The notes beneath the pieces were generated by a model. That model was not told where the DNA came from. It made no database searches and was given only the letters and a program-made list of their open reading frames with translations. The position numbers and the translations under genes were made by a program. From Candidatus Spiroplasma holothuricola (lineage in GTDB: Bacteria > Bacillota_I > Bacilli_A > Mycoplasmatales > MT37): a stretch of 64,000 bases of DNA. Each line of letters begins with the position of its first letter. The stretch's first letter is position 1. Of the stretch, positions 56,906-64,000 are shown in pieces. The stretch lies in the NCBI GenBank assembly GCA_002135175.2, contig CP022929.1:21231-85230 (forward strand), written 5' to 3'.

Positions 56906-59900
56906 TTACGTGCTTAAATGCTTTTTTCAGGGACTTTTTTCGTGGGGATTGATCTTTTCACCCTGCTCATTGGTGATTCAATTTTCTGGAAAAATACTGC
57001 CCGTTCCAACTGGAATCATGTTTCCAACAATAACATTTTCTTTCAAACCATAAAGCTCATCGGTTCGATTTTCAAGAACCGCCCGAATTAAAACTTGAGT
57101 TGTTCCTTGGAAACTGGCAGCCGAAAGGAAAGAAAAGGTTTTTGATGCCCGGGCTTTTGTTCCTTTGATTAATGATCGATGTTTGATTGGTTTTTGTTTG
57201 TTGGCGATTAATTTAGCATTAATTTGATCGATTCGATATTTTGTTTCTTCTTCGCCAATTGTGTAGTTTGAATCACCAGGATCAATAATGAAATTGATTG
57301 AAAGAATTTTTCGGACAATAATTTCAATGTATTTGTCAGCTAGTTCAATTCCTTGTAAATAATAAACTTTTTGGACTTCTTCGATGATGTAATCAGCAAC
57401 AATATTTTGATCTCTGGTAATATCCAATAATTCCTTTAAGTTGGCAACTCCTTCGGTCAAAAATGTTCCAAAAACAACTTGATCACCAACGGCAACGTTC
57501 ATCACTGATTTAGCTGGTGTGGGGATAATTTTTTCACCATTTTCCGTTTCGACATGAATATTAAATTTCTGATTATCAACTTCAATCACCTTAGTCACCT
57601 CGCCTTTCACTTGAGAAAGTAAAGCAATGTTTTTTTTCGGACTAATTACATCAAATAATTGAATTACTCGGGGCAATCCTTGAGTAATGTCACTGGCATC
57701 GGAAACACCACCAGTGTGAAATGTTCTCATTGTTAATTGTGTTGCTGGTTCACCAATTGATTGAGCAGCTAATATTCCAATTGCTTGGCCACGATTAATT
57801 AGTTTGTTTTTGGCCAAGTCCAAACCAAAACATTTTTGGCAAGAACCTCGTGGTTCAGCACACGTCAAAATTGAACGAATTTTTACTTCTGGAACTCGAG
57901 CCAGATCAATGGCTGCTGCTTCTTTTTTGCCGATAATTTTTCCTTTGGCAAGAATTTCTTGGCCATTGGCATCAACAATCGCGGCCGCTGTTATTCGACT
58001 GTAAACTCGTGTTCCCAAACTAATCATTTCACTATTCAATTTTTTGTAAACAATCGCCCGAATAATAAATCCTTTTTTGGTCCGACAGTCATCACTGGTG
58101 ATGTAAAAATCATGGGCAACATCAATTAATCTTCGCGTAAGATAACCAGAGTCTGCTGTTTTTAATGCTGTGTCAACCATTCCTTTTCGAGCTCCATACG
58201 TTGAAATGAAGAATTCCAAATAATCCAAACCATCAGTTAATGATGATTTAATTGGTGTTTCAATAATGTGTCCCCGGGTATTCACCATCAATCCCCGCAT
58301 CCCAACTAATTGAGTAAGATTCGAAAGACTTCCCCGGGCTCCGGAATCAACCATTGAATAAATTGAATGATGTAAATCACCTTGAATGAATTGTTTTTCC
58401 AGTTCTTTTTCCACTTTTTCTTTAACAGAAGTTCATTCTTGAATTCGTTGAATTCGGGCTTCAGTTTTGGTAATTCCACCCAAATTATAAATTTCTTTTA
58501 ATTTCAACAAACGGATCTCGGTTTCAGCAAATAAACTTTCTTTTTTCGTTTTATAAGAATTCAAATCAAAGAAAGAAATTGATGTTCCTGAGCGAGTTGA
58601 ATATTTAAATCCAAGATCTTTCAGTTTGTCGAGTACTTCCACGGTTGCCGATTCACCTTTTTCTTCAAATAATTTATGAACGATGTCGGAAAGAACACTT
58701 TTTGAAATTGCGGGAGCAACCTTGATTTCCTTGATTACTGAATTCAAATTACTATCTAGTGGATAAAACTTTATTGGTTCTTTTCAGTTGGCATTGGCAA
58801 TATAAGGGAAATCATTACCAAAAATTTTATTAAAAATTACTTTACCGACTGTTGTTTGAAAAAATCCTGATTGTTTAATTAAGTTTGGTTTATTCAATGA
58901 GGAAGCCAATAAAAAGATTGGTGTGTGCAGATCAATTTTTCCACTATGATAAGTCATTTCCGCAAATTCTGGGGTCACGTAATAAGAACCAGCCAAAGGC
59001 TTATCAAATTCTTCCGACGTCAAATAATAAATTCCCAAAATCATGTCTTGTGATGGAATGACGATCAATTGTCCGTTTCGTGGATTCAAAAGATTGTGAT
59101 TACTCATAATAATTTCTTTAACTTCTTGTTTTGCAACTTCGGTGAGTGGTAGATAAACTGACATTCGATCACCATCAAAGTCAGCATTAAAAGCCGTCGT
59201 TACCAATGGATGCAATTGAATCGCTTTTCCTCGAGTTAAACGAGGAAAGAAACCTTGAATTCCGAGTCGATGTAAAGTTGGTGCTCGATTCAAGAGCAAA
59301 GGATAACCTTTCACTAATTCTTCGAGAATGTCTCAAATAATTGGTTCTTGTTCGTCAACAATTTTTTCAGCAGCTTTTTTATTGACAGCTAATTCTCTTT
59401 TTAGTAACTTTCCAATAATCATTGCTCGAAAAAGAACAACGGCAATATCACGAGGTAATCCACATTCATTTAATTTTAATTGAGGACCACCAACAATGAC
59501 TGAACCAGCAGAATAATCGATTCTTTTACCAAGAAGATTTGATCGAAATCTTCCAGTTTTTCCTTTGAGATTTTCGGCAATTGAACGGGTGTTTCCATCA
59601 TTAGGATCAATCATTCGTTTTCCGCGGTTGGCTAAATCTTTATCAAAAAGAACATCGGCCGCTTCTTGAACTAAGGCTCGTAATTGATTGACCATGAATA
59701 ACGGTGAGAATTTTTCTTGATGTTTTTGCAAACGATTTTTTCGAATAATCAATTCATTGTACAATTTATTGATCCCAGAAGTGGCAAATCGCCCCCCTTC
59801 TAGATGAACAATTGGTCGTAATTCTGGGGGAAGAACGGGGATGGTTCGAGTTGTCATTCATTCTAATTTTTGTCCTGTTCGATAAAAGTTGTTCAGTAAT

Positions 59901-60709
59901 TTCAAGCGTCTTTGATCAGAATTGCTTTGTTCGTGTTGAATCTTAGTTTTTGATAATCGTTTTTTCAAACGCTCAATTTCTCCAGTTAGATCAATTGATT
60001 TTAGTAATTGCTCAATGGCTGAGCCTCCTGTTTCTAATTTAAAAAAGCTTGATTCATTAATGAAGTGAATGAATTCTTCAAGAAAAAAAGTAGCATTTTC
60101 TCCTGATTCTAGTTCAAAAAGAAAAGTATCGGCCTCCATTCGCTCAGGAGTACCGGAAGCAAATCGATCACGAGTTTTGACGATTAATTTTCGCAACAAT
60201 TCTTTTGTTCGAATCATTTGTTTTGTTTCTTGAGTGGCAACACTGTATTGAAAGTCAATGATTTCTCCAATTTTGATGTCTGGATCTTGATCATTTTCAA
60301 CGACAGCATAAGCTTTGTATTGAATCAATTGTTCTAAATTTGATTGATCAATCGCCAACACAATTGAGACGGGAGAAGGAATTGTTCGGTAAAACCAAAC
60401 GTGAACAATCGGATCATGCAATTCAATGTGTCCTAATCGGCGTCGACGAACAATGCTTTCAGTAACAAGAACACCACAAGAATTACAAACTTTTCCTTTA
60501 TATTTAATTCGCCGATATTTTCCACAAGCACATTCGTTATCTTTAACTGGACCAAAAATTTTTTCACAGAAAAGTCCAGAAGGAACTGGCTTTTCACTTT
60601 TGTAATTAATCGTTTCGGCTTTCGTTACTTCACCAAACGATCATGAGCGAATGGTTGTGTCATTAGCAAGACCGATTCGAAGAGAAAATTGATTAAATGG
60701 TTTTTTCAT
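56906..60709 (-). CDS. rpoC: DNA-directed RNA polymerase beta' subunit
   Basis: A 1267-aa code-4 ORF. All six track fragments share a frame. It starts at ATG 60709 ([23 protein letters not shown]...). It contains the zinc-binding CACGKY...CNSCGV and the catalytic NADFDGD. It extends 24 codons past the track end to TAA 56906-56908. Confidence 0.97.
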
Positions 60710-60711
60710 GT

Positions 60712-63700
60712 TTAGCGAGGCGAACGTGCTGTTGAATATTGTGACGTTTGTTTTTCTTCTTCTTCAGATGGAGTCTTTGGTTCGTTTTCAATGATTTCCA
60801 AATTCAAACAAAGAGAACGCATTTCTGACATTAAGACATTGAATGATTCAGGAAAGTAATTGTAATCAATTATTCGTGGTTTATCATTAATCAACATTTG
60901 ATAAATGGCATTACGACCTTTGATGTCATCCGACTTGATTGTTAATAATTCTCGCAAATTGTAAGCTGCTCCATAAGATTCCAGCGCTCAAACTTCCATT
61001 TCTCCAAAACGTTGCCCACCATTTTTGGCTTTTCCTTTGAGGGGTTGTTGTGTGACAAGTGTATAAGGACCAATTTCTCGAGAATGAATTTTGCTTTCCA
61101 CCATGTGTGATAATTTCATGTAATAAATTAAGCCAATTGCAATTGGTTGGTCAAATTTTTCACCAGTTTCACCATCATAAAGAATTTCTTTTCCGGTCGG
61201 AGAATGACCAGCTTTTTTCATAATTTCTTGTAATTGTTCGGAATTGGGCCCAATAAAGACAGGACAAGCAATTTTTATTCCTAATTTTTTGGCAGCATAA
61301 CCAAAATGCATTTCCAACAATTGACCAACATTCATTCGTGAAGGAACACCAAGTGGATTAATCATAATATCAAGTGAACGCCCATCTTTCATATAAGGCA
61401 TACTGTTTCGAGGAAGAATTCGTGAAACAACTCCTTTGTTTCCATGACGAGAAGCTAATTTGTCTCCTTCTTTGATTGGAATTTTTTTGGCAATAAAAAT
61501 TTTAATCACTTCAATCACTTCGGAAGAAAGAGTCTCTTTCAGATCTTTTTCCCGATAATGCTTAATGTCTTGAACAATTCCATGCATTCCTGTTGGAACA
61601 ACTAAGGAATTATTTTCTGCCGGTTGTTCTCGACCTTTAAATAATTGATTCAAAAGAATATCTTCTGGTGTTCGTTGACCTTTGTCTTTTGGTGTCACTT
61701 TTCCAACAAGAATATCTCCAGGTCCAACTTCTGAACCTAATAAAACGATTCCTTTTGAATCAAGTAAGCGCCGGGCTTTTTCACTGGCATTAACCACTTC
61801 AGACGTAAATTCTTCATCTCCTAATTTAGTTCTCATTCGCCGAATTTCGTATTCTTCGACATGAAGAGAAGTGAAAACATCATCAACCACCAATCGATCA
61901 CTAATGATTAAGGCATCTTCGTAATTAAATCCTTTTCATGTGGTAAATCCTACCAAAAGATCTTGACCAAGAGCCAATTCTCCTTTTTCAATTGAAGAAC
62001 CATCAGCAAGAATATCATTAGTCTTTACTTGGTCGCCTTTTTCAACAAACACTCGATGAAAGAGGGCCGTTCGTTGATTTGAGGGCAAGAAATTCGATGT
62101 ATTATAGTTTTTTAAGCTCCCTTCTTTTGTTTTTAAAGTGATGTGATCACTATCAGCATAAACAATTTCTCCATCATATTCGGAAACAATTGAAAAGCCA
62201 GAATCACGAGCAATTTGTTTTTCGACACCAGTACCAACGATTGGGGAATGGGGATCAATTAAGGGGACGGCTTGTTTTTGCATATTTGCTCCCATCAATG
62301 CTCGATTGGCATCATTATTTTCCAAAAAAGGAATAGCTGCTGCTGAAACAGAAAACATTTGCGATGGTGAATATGTTAAGTATTCAACATCATTGGCATC
62401 AACTTCAATTAGTTGATCCCGGAAATAAACAGTGATTTTTTTAGAAGTAAATGATCCATCAGAATTAATACGAGTTGTTGGGGGGGCAATCACAACACTC
62501 ATTTCTTCCAAAGTTGAAAGATATTGGACTTCTCCAATGACTTTGCCATTAATCACTTTTCAATATGGTGTTTCAATAAATTTTCACTTATTGATCGAAG
62601 CAAAGTAAGAAAGATTAGAAATCAATCCAATGTTAGGACCTTCTGGTGTTTCGATTGGACAAATTTTTCCTAGGTAAGAGTAATGAACGTCACGAACATT
62701 AGTTGAAGCATTTGCTCTTTTTAAACCACCTTCACCAAGAACTGTGATTCGACGTTTGTTCGATAATTCAGTTAAAGGGTTTGTTTGATCAAAAAATTGA
62801 GAAAGAGGAGAAACATTAAAAAAATCACGAATATTATTAGCTAATGGTCCGAAATTGATTAAAGAAACAATCCGGTGATTGTATTTTGATGAAAGCATAT
62901 CATTAATTTTTCGATTAGTTTCATCAATGATTTTTTTCAAACCGATTCGAAATTGATCTTCCATCAATTCTTCAATCAAATGAATGTTTCGGTTGCCAAG
63001 ACTATCAATATCATCGACTTTTCCAATATCATAACTCAAGTTTAAAACATGAGAGATGATTCCCATCATGTCAGGAACAGTAAGTGTTTCGTCTTGACAT
63101 TTAGGATCCACTCCAAAAACCTTGACAACTTTTGTCCGTGTCTTGTTATCAGCAAAAACTTTAACCATTTGCAATCGATCAGTTCCTGAAATAAGTGTTC
63201 GATCATAAGCCAGAGTAACAAGACAATTATCATTTTTTAAAAATTGATCAAGTTTTCTGATTTGTTTTTTACCAATTCAAGTTCCTTTTGAAAAAACAAT
63301 CTTTTTTGTTTTGTGATCAATTAAATCTTCGGCCAAAATTCGTTCATAAAGTAAATTACCAAGAAAAAGTTTTTGATTAACCTTGTAACGGCCAACATCT
63401 GAAAGAAAAAACTTTTGACGACTGAAAAAAGAATCAATGAGGATTTGATATTTTGATTCAACGGAAATGTTGATGTTTTCAAATAATTTGGCATAGATTG
63501 TTTTGATTGCATCATCTTTTTTGGGCTGATAGTTGATACTTGCATATGAATTAACAATTTCGTCAGCTTCATTGAAAAAATCTCGTGCATATTCTTCACT
63601 AAAACCGAAAAGAGTGAAAATATTGCTAACTAAAATATTGTGAGTTTTTGATTTGTCAATCAAAATTTCAAATGTTGGAATAAATTCATAAACTTGTCCA

Positions 63701-64000
63701 ACTCGACGTCGATTGACTCGGGTTAAAAAGTCAATTCATGTCCCTTGTTTTGGGATGATTTCTGCTTTATAGGTTTCATATTCAGAAGTACTTGACGAAA
63801 CACTCGAAAAAACTCCAGGAGAACGAACGAGTTGAAGAACAACAACTTTTTCCACACCATTGATCAGAAATGTTCCTTTTTTAGAAATTTGAGGATAACT
63901 TCCAAAATAAAGTTCTTCAACTTTGCGTAATTGAAAATTGAAATAAAGAGTTTCAGTAACTTGTTTGGTAATTTCAAAACTTAAAATCAATGATTCTCTT
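60712..64000 (-). CDS. rpoB: DNA-directed RNA polymerase beta subunit (N-terminus lies outside the window)
   Basis: Six track fragments share one frame. Motifs include ...[10 protein letters not shown]..., [10 protein letters not shown] and PEGPNIGLI. The stop is TAA 60712-60714, 2 nt before the rpoC ATG. Confidence 0.97.

Noticed and set aside
1-64000. A replication origin, mobile elements, prophage or defence islands, and rRNA operons.
   Set aside because: I saw no dnaA/dnaN genes or DnaA-box cluster. I found no transposase, integrase, restriction-modification or Cas-like ORFs and no rRNA-like sequence. The strand switches coincide with ordinary operon boundaries.

Overview
This is a strongly AT-rich chromosomal segment from a Mollicutes (Mycoplasma-like) genome that must be read with translation table 4 (TGA = Trp). 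Conserved Trp positions in ileS, rpoB, rpoC, metG and others are encoded by TGA. Almost every 'fragmented' ORF in the supplied standard-code track joins in frame into an intact gene.

The window is mostly densely packed core genes.
- 1-21.3 kb (+ strand): a run of Firmicute-like syntenic blocks. These are cysS-rlmB-sigma-secE-nusG-rplK-rplA, metG, hpt, thrS-infC-rpmI-rplT, rmuC, pheST, rpmF, then a miniature dcw cluster rsmH-ftsA-like-ftsZ-sepF-ileS-lspA-rluD.
- 21-27 kb: membrane proteins, rnhC, rsmA, an SSB-like gene and pdp.
- 27-37 kb (mostly - strand): rny, recA, RNase P RNA, deoD, a DivIVA-like gene, two tandem HU genes, a cmk-der fusion ORF, ppa and rnj.
- 37-45 kb (+ strand): an rsmD-gmk fusion ORF, a PP2C phosphatase, a Ser/Thr kinase, two small membrane proteins, a 1289-aa tandem-repeat protein and tRNA-Lys(CUU).
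- 45-64 kb (mostly - strand): ktrB/ktrA, lysS, an ABC ATPase with a long N-terminal extension, a truncated S10 operon (rpsJ to rpmC), then rpoC and part of rpoB.

I saw no rRNA, CRISPR array, IS element or prophage.

The most unusual items are:
1. An unannotatable-by-size 36-codon ORF with 10 cysteines. It has its own -10 box, RBS and strong intrinsic terminator, and sits between rpoC and rpsJ.
2. A large membrane-anchored protein made of about 8 tandem ~95-aa repeats, with exact 72-bp DNA repeats.
3. Two in-frame gene fusions, Cmk-Der and RsmD-Gmk.
4. An orphan ABC ATPase with a ~480-aa internally repeated N-terminal domain, sitting where rpsQ should follow rpmC.
5. A tandem HU duplication.
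6. A SigH-position alternative sigma factor.

Start codons are often uncertain by a few codons. All functional calls rest on motif recognition and synteny read by eye, not on database searches.
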